Source: an uncultured virus (IMG/VR IMGVR_UViG_3300035214_000047) (Duplodnaviria > Heunggongvirae > Uroviricota > Caudoviricetes). From it: a stretch of 64,000 nucleotides of DNA. The translations under genes and the position numbers were made by a program. How positions within the stretch are numbered: the first letter of the stretch is position 1; each line of letters begins with the position of its first letter. The DNA lies in IMG/VR virus record IMGVR_UViG_3300035214_000047. One strand, written 5' to 3'. The notes beneath the pieces are model-generated. The model ran no database searches, had not been told where the DNA came from, and was given only the letters and a program-made list of their open reading frames with translations. Below, in pieces: positions 9,993 through 19,619 of this stretch.

Positions 9993-10021
9993 ATATTACA
10001 CTATATCTAGTGTTTTGTCAA
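9993..10021 (-). promoter_or_regulatory. Sigma70-type promoter for uvsY-uvsW
   Basis: TTGACA-N17-TAATAT upstream of uvsY. Confidence 0.65.
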
Positions 10022-10025
10022 TAAC

Positions 10026-10625
10026 CTATGATGTTTTAAACTCAGCTTTTTTGCCAGGATCAGCAAATTCATAGTACGCATATTTAAAAGTAACCGTTGA
10101 GCTTACATAGGTTATATCACTTGCTTGTTGTGAGAAACCTACACCAGTTATTGCTGTAGGAAATATGTCTGTAAATCTAACTTCTTTAATTACATTATTT
10201 TTTGCTGATAAAATTGATAGTGTAGCGTCTGATAGTGTACCTCCAGCAGGAGTAGCTGCTGTTGCACCTTCTTTTCCTTGAACAGGAAATCTATCTTTTC
10301 CTGCACCTAATAAAGCAGCGTAATCTTTATGGTCAATTGGATTTCCTAGTCCTCTTATCCAACTATATATTTCTTCATAATTTTCAAACTTTTCATCTAC
10401 CATAAATGTAACTTGTAAGTCTCCAAAATCAAGCTTATTGCCAGGCAAAGGTATATCTCTTAATTGAGTTACCTGTGTGGCATTGTCTGCTTGTAGACTT
10501 GGTATATTAACCTCAGTACAAAAGTATTCTACTTTAGGAAGTTTTGTAATTTTAAACTTAAACTGCGCTGGACTAGCGTAATCTAGTTGTGTAGGTTGTC
10601 GTGTGATTGAATCTGTTGTTGTCAT
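10026..10625 (-). CDS. gp3: gp3-like tail completion / tube terminator protein
   Basis: FKFKITKLPKVEYFC..FMVDEKFENYEEIYSW..SDATLSIL..FTDIFP; follows gp23. Confidence 0.85.
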   Translation of the reverse strand: MTTTDSITRQPTQLDYASPAQFKFKITKLPKVEYFCTEVNIPSLQADNATQVTQLRDIPLPGNKLDFGDLQVTFMVDEKFENYEEIYSWIRGLGNPIDHKDYAALLGAGKDRFPVQGKEGATAATPAGGTLSDATLSILSAKNNVIKEVRFTDIFPTAITGVGFSQQASDITYVSSTVTFKYAYYEFADPGKKAEFKTS

Positions 10626-10630
10626 ACTAC

Positions 10631-10638
10631 TATTTATA
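10631..10638 (-). promoter_or_regulatory. T4-type late promoter
   Basis: TATAAATA on the minus strand, 5 nt upstream of the gp3 start. Confidence 0.75.
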
Positions 10639-10652
10639 TGAGTTTTTAGACC

Positions 10653-10688
10653 AAAAAAAAGGCGAGATTTTTTAGGTCTCGCCTTTTT
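10653..10688 (-). terminator. Rho-independent terminator after the major capsid gene
   Basis: Stem GGCGAGA/TCTCGCC followed by T8 on the minus strand; also has a T-tract on the plus strand. Confidence 0.85.
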
Positions 10689-10705
10689 CTATATCAGTTT
10701 ACAGA

Positions 10706-12046
10706 TTATGCAAGATTTGTAACTTGTACTCTTCTGTAATATCTATTTTTGTTAGCAGCACCTGAACCGTCAATAACAGCGTCATCACCAGAACCAGATT
10801 CAGCAAAAGGATTTGCTTGAAGTCCGTATCTTGTTTTGAAACCAATTTTCGGTTGGAAAGTGTCCTGACCAACAGCTCTAACCATTTGTAAAGGTACATA
10901 TGGGCAATAGAACATACCAGCGTCATAAGGGCTTGAGCCTTTATAACCAACTACATAAAATTGTTTAGCAGCTGTGTTTGCAGAATATGGGTCTATATAC
11001 ACTTTAAATCTACCGTTAAGAACACCAGCAAAAGTATTGCCTGTGTCATCAACATTTAGATTGTTATTAAGTGCAGGAGCATAGTCTAGGATGCCAGCCA
11101 TTTGTAATGCAGAAGCAACATCAGAAGAACATACGATTATGTTCCCTTTTCCTCTTCTGGTTCTTACAGCGATAGCGTTAGCGTCTCTTTCTAGTTGGAA
11201 CATAAGTCCTTTAAATCTTTCAACAGACCATCTTCCGTTTGAGTCTGTATCTAAATCAAAGATTCCAGCAGTTGTAGTATCTACAGCAGCGCCTTTTTCA
11301 GCGTTAATGTAAATTGTTCTAACTACTTCTCTATTAATTTCTGCTAAAATTTCAGCAGATAAGATATTAGCAAGTTCAGTTTCAGCGTCTAAGCCATGAA
11401 TTGCTTTAAGGTCTTGTGCTAATTCCATTGTGTACTCAGCTTTAAGTGCTCTACTTTTAGCAGTTACCGTTGACTTCTCAATTGAGAATGCCATTTCAGC
11501 AAATGCGTTTCCAGCAGCGTCACCTAATGCTTCAGCCGTAGCTGTAGCCATTCCGTCAGCAGCAGTATAAGTGCCTGGCGAACCGTCATTAAGTACAGAT
11601 GGATTTGTTTGTGGTGATGATGTATGTGAAGATGTACCACTATCTCCAGGAATATCTGCGTTAGCAGCGTTTCCAGAAAATGCAGATTCAGCTTCGTCAA
11701 ATAATGCTTCAGTTCCCGCTTGTGTTTTATATCTACTTCTCATAGCAAATATAAGACCTGTTGGGCCTGACATAGGTTGTACGCCTGCAATATCATAAGC
11801 GATAAGGTTAGGCATAGCTCTACGAACTAGTGAAATCAAAATTGGATCCCAGTTAGCTACAGAAGCACCTGTTTGGTTGGCAGGAGCAGCTTCAGTCATA
11901 AATTGAGCGTCTTCGTTAAGAGCTCTTTCTTGGTTTTCCAAGATAACTGAGGTTACAGCTCGTTTATAACTATCCGTAATTTTTGGTAAATCAGGATGGT
12001 CTAATACTGGCTGCCATTTCTTTTGGTAGTTTTCAGATAAATACAT
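10706..12046 (-). CDS. gp23: Major capsid protein gp23
   Basis: LVRRAMPNLIAYDIAGVQPMSGPTGLIFAMR, KSRALKAEYTMELAQDLKAIHGLDAE, FQPKIGFKTRYG. Confidence 0.99.
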   Translation of the reverse strand: MYLSENYQKKWQPVLDHPDLPKITDSYKRAVTSVILENQERALNEDAQFMTEAAPANQTGASVANWDPILISLVRRAMPNLIAYDIAGVQPMSGPTGLIFAMRSRYKTQAGTEALFDEAESAFSGNAANADIPGDSGTSSHTSSPQTNPSVLNDGSPGTYTAADGMATATAEALGDAAGNAFAEMAFSIEKSTVTAKSRALKAEYTMELAQDLKAIHGLDAETELANILSAEILAEINREVVRTIYINAEKGAAVDTTTAGIFDLDTDSNGRWSVERFKGLMFQLERDANAIAVRTRRGKGNIIVCSSDVASALQMAGILDYAPALNNNLNVDDTGNTFAGVLNGRFKVYIDPYSANTAAKQFYVVGYKGSSPYDAGMFYCPYVPLQMVRAVGQDTFQPKIGFKTRYGLQANPFAESGSGDDAVIDGSGAANKNRYYRRVQVTNLA

Positions 12047-12067
12047 ATCTTTTTCCTCTCTCTATTA

Positions 12068-13204
12068 TTATTTTACAGACAACTTAATGTCTTTTGTTTT
12101 ACTAATAGCGGTAGTATAAGCAGCCATTGCGTTAGATACTTCTGCTGTTTTGTCTACACCATTTGTATCGGCCACCGCATTATCTACTTCGCTGTCAGAA
12201 TTTGCTTCCTTTTTATTACCAAAGTAAGATTCTTTAATAGTTTCTACTTTAGTTCTAAAAGATTCAGCGTCAGAATATTCAACTTCGTTAGTGAGTTTAG
12301 CAAACTTCTCTTTAGAAGTATCTGTTAAATCATTAGCGACATCAGCTAAAATATCAGTTCGTTCAAACACATTCTTTTGTTTATTCAAATCAACATTTTT
12401 TCCGATTTCTTCATTAAGTTTTTTCTCTAACTCTTCAATCTTTGAAGCTTGGTCTTCTAACACATCATATTTTTCATCAGGTACATCAATATAGTGGTCT
12501 TCAAAAAGTTTTTTCAGACCGTTAATAAAGTCCTCAGCAATTTCTCCCTTGATACCTCTTTCAATAGCAAGTTCGTTTTCTTTCATCCATTCGTTAACAA
12601 CATAGTTCAAATAATTGTCTACCTTCTCAACTAGTGATTTTTTTGCTTTCGTACTTTCAGTTTCAAATTTCTTATTGTAGTCCGCTTCTAGTGATTCTGT
12701 GATTTCTTTTACTTTAGATTTAATCGCAGCTTCAAAAATAGTAGCAGCCTTGGCTTTAAATTCTTCCGACAAGTCTTTTTCCCCAGAGGTTAAAGCGTCA
12801 ATGTGTTCTTTTACATCAACTTCTTTTACTTTCAGGTCATCTTCCTTAACATCTTTAGAAGTTTCGTCTTTAGAATCTTCTTTTTTGTCTTTTTTGTCTA
12901 GGAATTTTTTAAGACCGGAAGGTAATTCTCCTTCGGAAATCTTCTCGCCATCAGAATCAGTTTCTTTATTTTCACCTTTAAGAGTAGGCATAGCGTCAGC
13001 TTTACCTTGATTCTTTTGGGGTGCTTGTCCAGAAACTTCTTTAGTACTTTTGTTAGCTTTAGGGTTTTCGTCTGTAGGTTTAACTACAGCTTTACCTAAA
13101 TCCTCAGCGTCATTTTTCAAAGGCGTTGGCTCACTAGCAACAGCGTTCTTTTTAGGAGCGTCTGCTACCGTGTTTTCGCTAACTACTTTTTCTGTTTCGG
13201 CCAT
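12068..13204 (-). CDS. gp22: Prohead core scaffolding protein gp22
   Basis: LSEEFKAKAATIFEAA, VDNYLNYVVNEWMKENELAIERG; synteny. Confidence 0.95.
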   Translation of the reverse strand: MAETEKVVSENTVADAPKKNAVASEPTPLKNDAEDLGKAVVKPTDENPKANKSTKEVSGQAPQKNQGKADAMPTLKGENKETDSDGEKISEGELPSGLKKFLDKKDKKEDSKDETSKDVKEDDLKVKEVDVKEHIDALTSGEKDLSEEFKAKAATIFEAAIKSKVKEITESLEADYNKKFETESTKAKKSLVEKVDNYLNYVVNEWMKENELAIERGIKGEIAEDFINGLKKLFEDHYIDVPDEKYDVLEDQASKIEELEKKLNEEIGKNVDLNKQKNVFERTDILADVANDLTDTSKEKFAKLTNEVEYSDAESFRTKVETIKESYFGNKKEANSDSEVDNAVADTNGVDKTAEVSNAMAAYTTAISKTKDIKLSVK

Positions 13205-13255
13205 ATGAAGTTCTCCTTAATTTAAAAAAATAATTATTTTTTTGTTACTGCTAGA

Positions 13256-13263
13256 TATTTATA
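13256..13263 (-). promoter_or_regulatory. T4-type late promoter
   Basis: TATAAATA upstream of gp22. Confidence 0.75.
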
Positions 13264-13266
13264 ATA

Positions 13267-13917
13267 TTATAATCTTTTAAGGAACGATTCAAACACTTTA
13301 GCCTTAGCTTCTGCAATTTTCAATCGTTTTGCCTCTTGGATATATTGTTTATATTCTTCTAGCTCTTTTTGTTTAATTACACCGTTTTCCCAAACCCACT
13401 CTTTACCTTCCATAATTCCTTCTACGAAAGCGTCTGGAGCGCTTGGATCTGCAACAATGTCAGCAGCAGTAGCAAGATAAAAGTCTCTTCCGACTTGTGC
13501 CTCACCATTTCTTCCTCTTTGTAATGAACCCATACCACGAGAAGAAACGCCTAATTTAGCGCCCTCATCTATAAGATTTTTTACTATCTTACCGTACGGA
13601 GTATCCATTATTTTTGCTTCACCGATAAAGTTGTTACCATCTGGAAAAAGTTTAGTAATCATATGACTAACTCTTTCTAGGTTAACCGTTGGTCCATCAG
13701 GATGTCCTAATTCACCAAACGCTCTTTTCTGTTCCACAAATTCTCTATTATATCTAGTTACTTCTTTAGTAAGTGTTTCTTTAGGATAGACTCGTCCATT
13801 ACGATTCTTAACTTCTGATTGTAAGAACACGCCTCTTATCTTATAATTCTTTTTACCGTTCTTTAATTCTTCAGTAAAATATTCAACATTTTCTATATGT
13901 TCTGTTATAAGTTTCAT
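13267..13917 (-). CDS. gp21: Prohead protease gp21
   Basis: NRNGRVYP, GELGHP, GVSSRGMGS, DIVADPSAPDAFV. Confidence 0.97.
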   Translation of the reverse strand: MKLITEHIENVEYFTEELKNGKKNYKIRGVFLQSEVKNRNGRVYPKETLTKEVTRYNREFVEQKRAFGELGHPDGPTVNLERVSHMITKLFPDGNNFIGEAKIMDTPYGKIVKNLIDEGAKLGVSSRGMGSLQRGRNGEAQVGRDFYLATAADIVADPSAPDAFVEGIMEGKEWVWENGVIKQKELEEYKQYIQEAKRLKIAEAKAKVFESFLKRL

Positions 13918-13943
13918 AATAGTTTATCTCTCTCTTTCCTTAA

Positions 13944-13951
13944 TATTTATA
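13944..13951 (-). promoter_or_regulatory. T4-type late promoter
   Basis: TATAAATA upstream of gp21. Confidence 0.75.
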
Positions 13952-13958
13952 CAATTCC

Positions 13959-14354
13959 CTATCTAAATTCAACAACCAATGTATAATTGTCGTGTAAAGC
14001 AAAGTTTTTTGTTGACAAATATACATATCCTGTAGCACCTGTAGCATTGTTAGCTATGTCGTTTCCAGCAGTTCTAAAATCAAAAAAACCATTTCCTGAT
14101 AATGTTAATGCTGTTGTATTAGCAGAAGCTCCTCCCCAGGATATCTCTACTGCTGATTTTGAATTAGCAGTATTAATAGAACACCATACTTTGCTCACGC
14201 TTTTTGTTGCGTCAGCAGTCATAAAATTTGAAGTAGTAGGGTCAACTAATACACTATCAGTTTCTCCAGTACCATCACTTATGTTTGTTCTCTTAACAAC
14301 ATACTTAACTCCAGCTGTATCAGCTATTACTTGCGTTGTTATTGCGTCTGCCAT
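13959..14354 (-). CDS. Hypothetical beta-rich virion protein
   Basis: 131-aa ORF in the head module; GGAG RBS. Confidence 0.7.
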   Translation of the reverse strand: MADAITTQVIADTAGVKYVVKRTNISDGTGETDSVLVDPTTSNFMTADATKSVSKVWCSINTANSKSAVEISWGGASANTTALTLSGNGFFDFRTAGNDIANNATGATGYVYLSTKNFALHDNYTLVVEFR

Positions 14355-14363
14355 TTAACACTC

Positions 14364-14720
14364 CTATGCCGAACTTGCCGGCCCTAATTCTGTTTCTTTT
14401 TGTACTTCTACTGCCAAGTTAAATTTACTAACTTCAGCGTCAACAGAAACTTCCAAAGTTGTAGCCGTATCTAATTTTTGGTCTATAACTTTTCTAGCTT
14501 CTCCTTCTTTCAAACCCCAATTACCAAACCCAGTTAAACTTAAAGTTTGGTCTCCGAGAGTTAGAGTCGCTGTACCAGTTCCTCTTATCTCATAATAAAC
14601 ATTAGCCAATGATATACTCTTGTCGGACTCAAATAAAGTTCCTCCATCTCCGCTTACACCACTAGCAGTTATAATTGCTTTTGTAGTGTCATCAACTTTT
14701 GTTGCGACAGCTAAAGTCAT
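14364..14720 (-). CDS. Hypothetical beta-rich virion protein, possible paralog of 13959..14354
   Basis: 118-aa ORF; LSLTGFGNW resembles LTLSGNGFF in the neighbour. Confidence 0.65.
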   Translation of the reverse strand: MTLAVATKVDDTTKAIITASGVSGDGGTLFESDKSISLANVYYEIRGTGTATLTLGDQTLSLTGFGNWGLKEGEARKVIDQKLDTATTLEVSVDAEVSKFNLAVEVQKETELGPASSA

Positions 14721-14722
14721 TA

Positions 14723-14959
14723 CTATGCCTCAAAATATGTAGTAAGGTCAGCTTCGGCAACTCCAGTTGCAACTGATACTTCAGCAACTTTAGTTTCAAT
14801 TATGTTTACTAAATCTTGTGGTGATGACCAGTCTACTCCATCCAAACCTTCAACCAATGTCTTAACTGCTTCTTTAGCAGTTGGTGAAAGAGCATTGTAT
14901 TTGTCGCTTTGAATAAAACCTGATACATTACCAACAATACTTGATACCGTTAATGCCAT
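14723..14959 (-). CDS. Small hypothetical protein in the head module
   Basis: 78-aa ORF tightly packed between its neighbours. Confidence 0.65.
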   Translation of the reverse strand: MALTVSSIVGNVSGFIQSDKYNALSPTAKEAVKTLVEGLDGVDWSSPQDLVNIIETKVAEVSVATGVAEADLTTYFEA

Positions 14960-14961
14960 TA

Positions 14962-15405
14962 TTATTCTCCCGTTTTTATTTCACCAGAATCAGCAGGTGC
15001 TGTTTCAGCAGGTGCCGTTTCGGCAGGTGCAGTAACAGGTTCCGCTTCTGGTGTCATTGCGTTTTGAACATCAGCTTGTGTAGCATTTTGACCTAATGGA
15101 GCCGCAATATTTGGTTTTGGATCCGAATGAGGTTCTGCAACATCAGCGCCTTGTCCTGGTGTTATTGTTTTCGTCATAACATCTTTAGCCGCATTAAATA
15201 AACCAGAGGCATACTGCTTTCTACTTGCGTCTAAAGCGTCTCCTACTTTATTTCTTAATGCGTCTTTAAAATCTTCACCTGCACCCTTATTATCTCCACT
15301 AGCAAGTTTATCAACAAAACTTGTAGTAGCAGTTTTATGTGATTGGTCAAAAAAACCTTTAGGTGACATAGTTGCACCAGTTGTTTTTGTTTCATTATCA
15401 GCCAT
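14962..15405 (-). CDS. Putative prohead core protein (gp67 position)
   Basis: Directly downstream of the portal gene; helical core FKDALRNKVGDALD; low-complexity tail. Confidence 0.6.
   Translation of the reverse strand: MADNETKTTGATMSPKGFFDQSHKTATTSFVDKLASGDNKGAGEDFKDALRNKVGDALDASRKQYASGLFNAAKDVMTKTITPGQGADVAEPHSDPKPNIAAPLGQNATQADVQNAMTPEAEPVTAPAETAPAETAPADSGEIKTGE
14991..15033. repeat. About 3 copies of a 15-nt in-frame repeat encoding TAPAE
   Basis: cagcaggtgctgttt / cagcaggtgccgttt / cggcaggtgcagt. Confidence 0.8.
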
Positions 15406-15418
15406 TATTTTTCTCCTT

Positions 15419-16945
15419 TTATATTATTTCGTCAGGATCATTGCCTAGTACACTTACTTGTGGACTTGCAATAATACCATCATCAATTTCTTTTTTAATT
15501 TGTTTATCTATTTGTGAAATTTCTCTTTCAGATTGTTTAAGTATATTTTGTCTAACAAATTTAACTGAAAAATATTTTCCCACATAATCTCTAACATCAT
15601 TAGCTAAACCTATTCTTTCTCTTAATAGTTCAGCATTTTTTAGTTCAGAAAAGTGGCCGTCAGCAAGAAAGTCATATTTGATTTTCTCTTTAACAGCAAC
15701 CCAATCGTCTTCATTTATGATTGCTTTTAAAACTAGCTGTGTTCTAATTAAATCATTAAATAAATCTGTAAATTTCTTTCTTAATCTTTGTACAAATTTT
15801 GTAAATTTAAGTTCGTCTCTAGTAATTTCAGTTGTTCTTCCTAAATTAAAACCTTGACTTGCTTCTAATCTACTAATTGGTACATTTAGAGAACGGTAAA
15901 GTTTTCTTTGGAAATATTCTATATCAGCTATTTCACCTAGATTTTGACCACCTGGTAAAGTTTCAATACTTGTTCCTCTACCACCTTCTCTACTTGGTAA
16001 CCAAAAATCTTCAAGCATAGACATATAGTTTCTATCGTCTCTAATTTCTCCTGTACTTGCGTCATAAACAAGTTTGTTTCTATATCTTGCCATCACATCA
16101 CGGAGATATTGTTCTGCTTTTGCTTTTGGTAAATTACCAACATCAATTTTAAAAATTCTTCTTTCAGGTGCTCTTGCTATTCTGTATATAACAACAGCGT
16201 CTTCTATCATACGCAATTGATTTACTGGTTTAATTGCCTTGTGTAAATAAGACATAACCATATTTTTATTTAAATCAACTAATCCCGAAGGACAAAAAGT
16301 TATAGCGTCTGGCGAAATTTTTATTCCACCACCTGCCATTCCTGGACCGGCAACACCCTTTTCATTATATAAAAAGTATTCGTTATAATCGTGTATAACC
16401 TGAATATTTGCTATTGGTACAGGTCTTCCTTTTTTAATTTCTCTAATCTTTTTAATTTTTCTTGGATCAATATATCTTAATTCTGTAATACCTCTAATAG
16501 GAGATTCTCTATCAATTATTTTATGATAGTAAATTCTTCCATCAACATACCATCTACGAAATATATCGTGTCCCTTTGTAGAAAAATTAAGTAGTCTTAA
16601 AACTTCTTTAAATTCATCTTCTATTTTTCTTTTAATCTGGTCTGAAAATTCTGTATCAGACAAGTCCAATCTTACTGGATCCTTTTCAATCTCATTAGCC
16701 ACAATTGCTTCATTGACAATATCCTCAACTGCCATATCGCATTCTGGATGAATTGAAATCTCTCTATACCTACGAATTAAGTCTTGCTCAGTTTTGGCAG
16801 TACCTTCCATATCCAGGTACTGACCAAAATAACCTCCAGCGGCAACGGTTTGTGTACCGTCATCCGCTTTAGGTTGAGTAAAACTTTGTTTCGGGTCTGG
16901 AGTTTCTTTAACTCTAGTAATTTGGAAACCGAAAAGTTCTGCCAT
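15419..16945 (-). CDS. gp20: Portal vertex protein gp20
   Basis: FRRWYVDGRIYYH, YLHKAIKPVNQLRMIEDAVVIYRIARAPERRIF, EDFWLPSREGGRGT. Confidence 0.98.
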   Translation of the reverse strand: MAELFGFQITRVKETPDPKQSFTQPKADDGTQTVAAGGYFGQYLDMEGTAKTEQDLIRRYREISIHPECDMAVEDIVNEAIVANEIEKDPVRLDLSDTEFSDQIKRKIEDEFKEVLRLLNFSTKGHDIFRRWYVDGRIYYHKIIDRESPIRGITELRYIDPRKIKKIREIKKGRPVPIANIQVIHDYNEYFLYNEKGVAGPGMAGGGIKISPDAITFCPSGLVDLNKNMVMSYLHKAIKPVNQLRMIEDAVVIYRIARAPERRIFKIDVGNLPKAKAEQYLRDVMARYRNKLVYDASTGEIRDDRNYMSMLEDFWLPSREGGRGTSIETLPGGQNLGEIADIEYFQRKLYRSLNVPISRLEASQGFNLGRTTEITRDELKFTKFVQRLRKKFTDLFNDLIRTQLVLKAIINEDDWVAVKEKIKYDFLADGHFSELKNAELLRERIGLANDVRDYVGKYFSVKFVRQNILKQSEREISQIDKQIKKEIDDGIIASPQVSVLGNDPDEII

Positions 16946-16989
16946 TATGTTTTCCTCACTTTAATTTTATTCAATTATTTATTCAACTA

Positions 16990-17517
16990 TTAAGTAGTCG
17001 TTCTTGCTTCAAAAAATAAGTATCTAAATGTTACATCAAAAGTTTCAACATCATTTGAAGGAGCCATATCTAAACCAATTTCACCTATTTCGGTTGGAAA
17101 ACAACCTCGTAAAGTATATGATTTAATAGTAGATCCATTTCTGTCTAAATGGTCAATAAAAGCGTCAACTTGATAGTCTACAGGATTAATTAATCCTTCG
17201 TTATCAGACATATTGTTGATACCATTTTGCCATCTTTCAAATCCGTCTCTTAATCTAAAGTTTGTATCATTTAAGACCGTTATTGTCCAAGCTGCAAATT
17301 CTCTATCACCAGCTAAGTAAATTGGTCTACCACGGAAATTAACCGTAGTTGTTCCAATCGTCATTGCTGGAATAGTTGTAACTTGACATAAGAACGCCAG
17401 TTCTTCTGTTTCTCCACCAACACTTGCAAAACCAGGGAAAGGCATTGTTACCTTAAACTGATTCTTTCTAGCACCACCGCCAGCAAGTTTGGTTTTGAAG
17501 TCATTTATATTAGCCAT
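16990..17517 (-). CDS. gp19: Tail tube protein gp19
   Basis: GGGARKNQF, FRGRPIYLAGDREF, WTITVLND. Confidence 0.95.
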   Translation of the reverse strand: MANINDFKTKLAGGGARKNQFKVTMPFPGFASVGGETEELAFLCQVTTIPAMTIGTTTVNFRGRPIYLAGDREFAAWTITVLNDTNFRLRDGFERWQNGINNMSDNEGLINPVDYQVDAFIDHLDRNGSTIKSYTLRGCFPTEIGEIGLDMAPSNDVETFDVTFRYLFFEARTTT

Positions 17518-17539
17518 TGTATTTTTCTCCTTCTATTCC

Positions 17540-19480
17540 TTAACCTGCGACTTCTTCAAAAGCCACGCCAGTTCTAGTTGCGATAAAGCTTAATGTGATA
17601 AAGTTGATACTTCTTGCTGGTTTAATGTAAATCTCAGCAATAAATTCATTTCTATCAATTACTTCACCTGTGTTATTTGAATCATCACACACTACTAAAA
17701 AGTCTGTGATACCTCTACGACCTTGTACTTCTCTTAAAAATGGTTCTACCATATTTCTAAATCCAGCTCTAGTGAATTCATCATTGAATTCAAATAATTG
17801 GAATTTAGAAGCTGTTGATATTGCCTTTTCTAAAACAATAAACAATTTTCTTACATTTATTCTGTCAAATGCTGAAGGTGTAGTTAGTCCAGTTTTATCA
17901 CCAAACAAAATGATTCCTTGTCCAGGGAAAGAAACAACTGGGTTGATTCTCGCTCTATAAAGTTCGTCTCTTTGTGTGTGATTTGGACTATACGCCAACT
18001 TAACAGCGCCTCTAATTATACCTCTATTTAATCCAGCAGGACTAAACCAAGGGTCATTAGTTAGGTCTGTTCTTGCACATAAGCCAGCCAGGTCTCCGTT
18101 TAGTGGAACATATCTATAGACATCATTATATCTATCGTATGTATATTTGTAACCACTATCAAAGACAACATAAGAAGATGACCGAATTGTATTAAAAAAT
18201 CCGAGCACATTGTTTGTTTGTACTATAGCAGAAGTTATATTAACCACATCACTTCTTTGTGGACTTGCGAACACTACACAATCTTTTCTTGTCTCAGCGA
18301 TTGTTATTAAATCTCCGAGTAAAGCTGCGGAAGCGTTACCAGCCAAAATTAATCCAACATCAACGGTTTCACTATCTTTAAATAGTTCAAATGCGCTTAA
18401 TCTAGCACCGTCAGAAGCAGTTCCATCTACACCACCTGTAAAGGTATGTGCTAAAGGAGCAGTTACATCCGTAAATGCACTTGCATTAGCTGTTTTGCTT
18501 TGTCCCCAATTTGTTCCATTTGAGTTGTGGCTACCCCAATAGATGAAAGATGATTTTTTAAAAATAACTTCAGCGTAGAAATTATTTGAACCACCTGCGT
18601 CTTTGGCGTCTTTTGCTTTTGATACTTTTTCATATATTTCTAATACTTCATTTTTCGTTCCACTTACTGAACCGTCAGCATCCACAACAACGATATGTAG
18701 TTCGTCATTAGTTCTTCCAGCAGATAAAACATCAGGAGATGTTCCAGGTGCACCACTTACTTGGTCATAGTATTGCCATCTTCGTCTTATATTAGAACCG
18801 TTAAGTACAGCTCTTGCTAAGCCGCCAGTACCAACTTTTCTTTTAAATGTAATGTCGTTAGATGAAACTACCGTAACTTCGTATTCTGCACCATCATCAT
18901 AGTCGTCTGTTGCAGCCGTAGTTGAAAAAGCTAAAATGTCACCAACACCTATGTTAGTTCCACTTGCTACCGTTATTTGTGTGTCGCCTACTGCTATAGC
19001 AGCGTCGGATACCGTAGTAACCGCCGCAGATTCATAAGCAGAAGTTGAAGGACAAACAGATACTTTTAATCCATTTCCCCAAGCTCCTGCGTATCTAGCA
19101 GCAAACTCAATGCTGGAGATTCCTGGATATAAGCCTTCGTTTAAGTATGTAGAATTGTATTCATTAGTATGTCTAATCAATACTGCTGTTCCCGAGTTGG
19201 TTACAGCGTTTACCATGTTTAGGTTCTCAGTTCGTACAACTTTCAAAGAATTGGAATACTGAAGGAAAGATGAAGCAGTAAAATACTCTTCAAAATTCGT
19301 TTGAGTCGGTTTTCCAAAAACACTAACAAATTCTTGCTCAGAAGATATTAAAGTAACTTCTGAAACTGGACCTCTAGGTGCATTAAAAGCATATGCTCCA
19401 ATACTTGTAGAGACAGCTGGGATTATGTTAGTTAAATCCTTTTCCTGTACGAGAACTCCTGGTGATACTTGAAATGCCAT
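17540..19480 (-). CDS. gp18: Tail sheath protein gp18
   Basis: SPGVLVQEKD, PWFSPAG, FDRINVRKLF, FEFNDEFTR, IKPARSINFI. Confidence 0.98.
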   Translation of the reverse strand: MAFQVSPGVLVQEKDLTNIIPAVSTSIGAYAFNAPRGPVSEVTLISSEQEFVSVFGKPTQTNFEEYFTASSFLQYSNSLKVVRTENLNMVNAVTNSGTAVLIRHTNEYNSTYLNEGLYPGISSIEFAARYAGAWGNGLKVSVCPSTSAYESAAVTTVSDAAIAVGDTQITVASGTNIGVGDILAFSTTAATDDYDDGAEYEVTVVSSNDITFKRKVGTGGLARAVLNGSNIRRRWQYYDQVSGAPGTSPDVLSAGRTNDELHIVVVDADGSVSGTKNEVLEIYEKVSKAKDAKDAGGSNNFYAEVIFKKSSFIYWGSHNSNGTNWGQSKTANASAFTDVTAPLAHTFTGGVDGTASDGARLSAFELFKDSETVDVGLILAGNASAALLGDLITIAETRKDCVVFASPQRSDVVNITSAIVQTNNVLGFFNTIRSSSYVVFDSGYKYTYDRYNDVYRYVPLNGDLAGLCARTDLTNDPWFSPAGLNRGIIRGAVKLAYSPNHTQRDELYRARINPVVSFPGQGIILFGDKTGLTTPSAFDRINVRKLFIVLEKAISTASKFQLFEFNDEFTRAGFRNMVEPFLREVQGRRGITDFLVVCDDSNNTGEVIDRNEFIAEIYIKPARSINFITLSFIATRTGVAFEEVAG

Positions 19481-19619
19481 TAGGTTTTCTCCTCTTTATT
19501 ATATTTTTTATTGTATTTAATTAAATACATTATATTACCTTTGTGTCAAAATTCGTATTATTCATACGCCCATATTCAAATTTCTCAATTACTTATATTT
19601 ATCAATACCTAATCCTAGA

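Noticed and set aside
14991..15033. 15-nt tandem repeat as a CRISPR or regulatory array
   Set aside because: No spacers; it is an in-frame coding repeat
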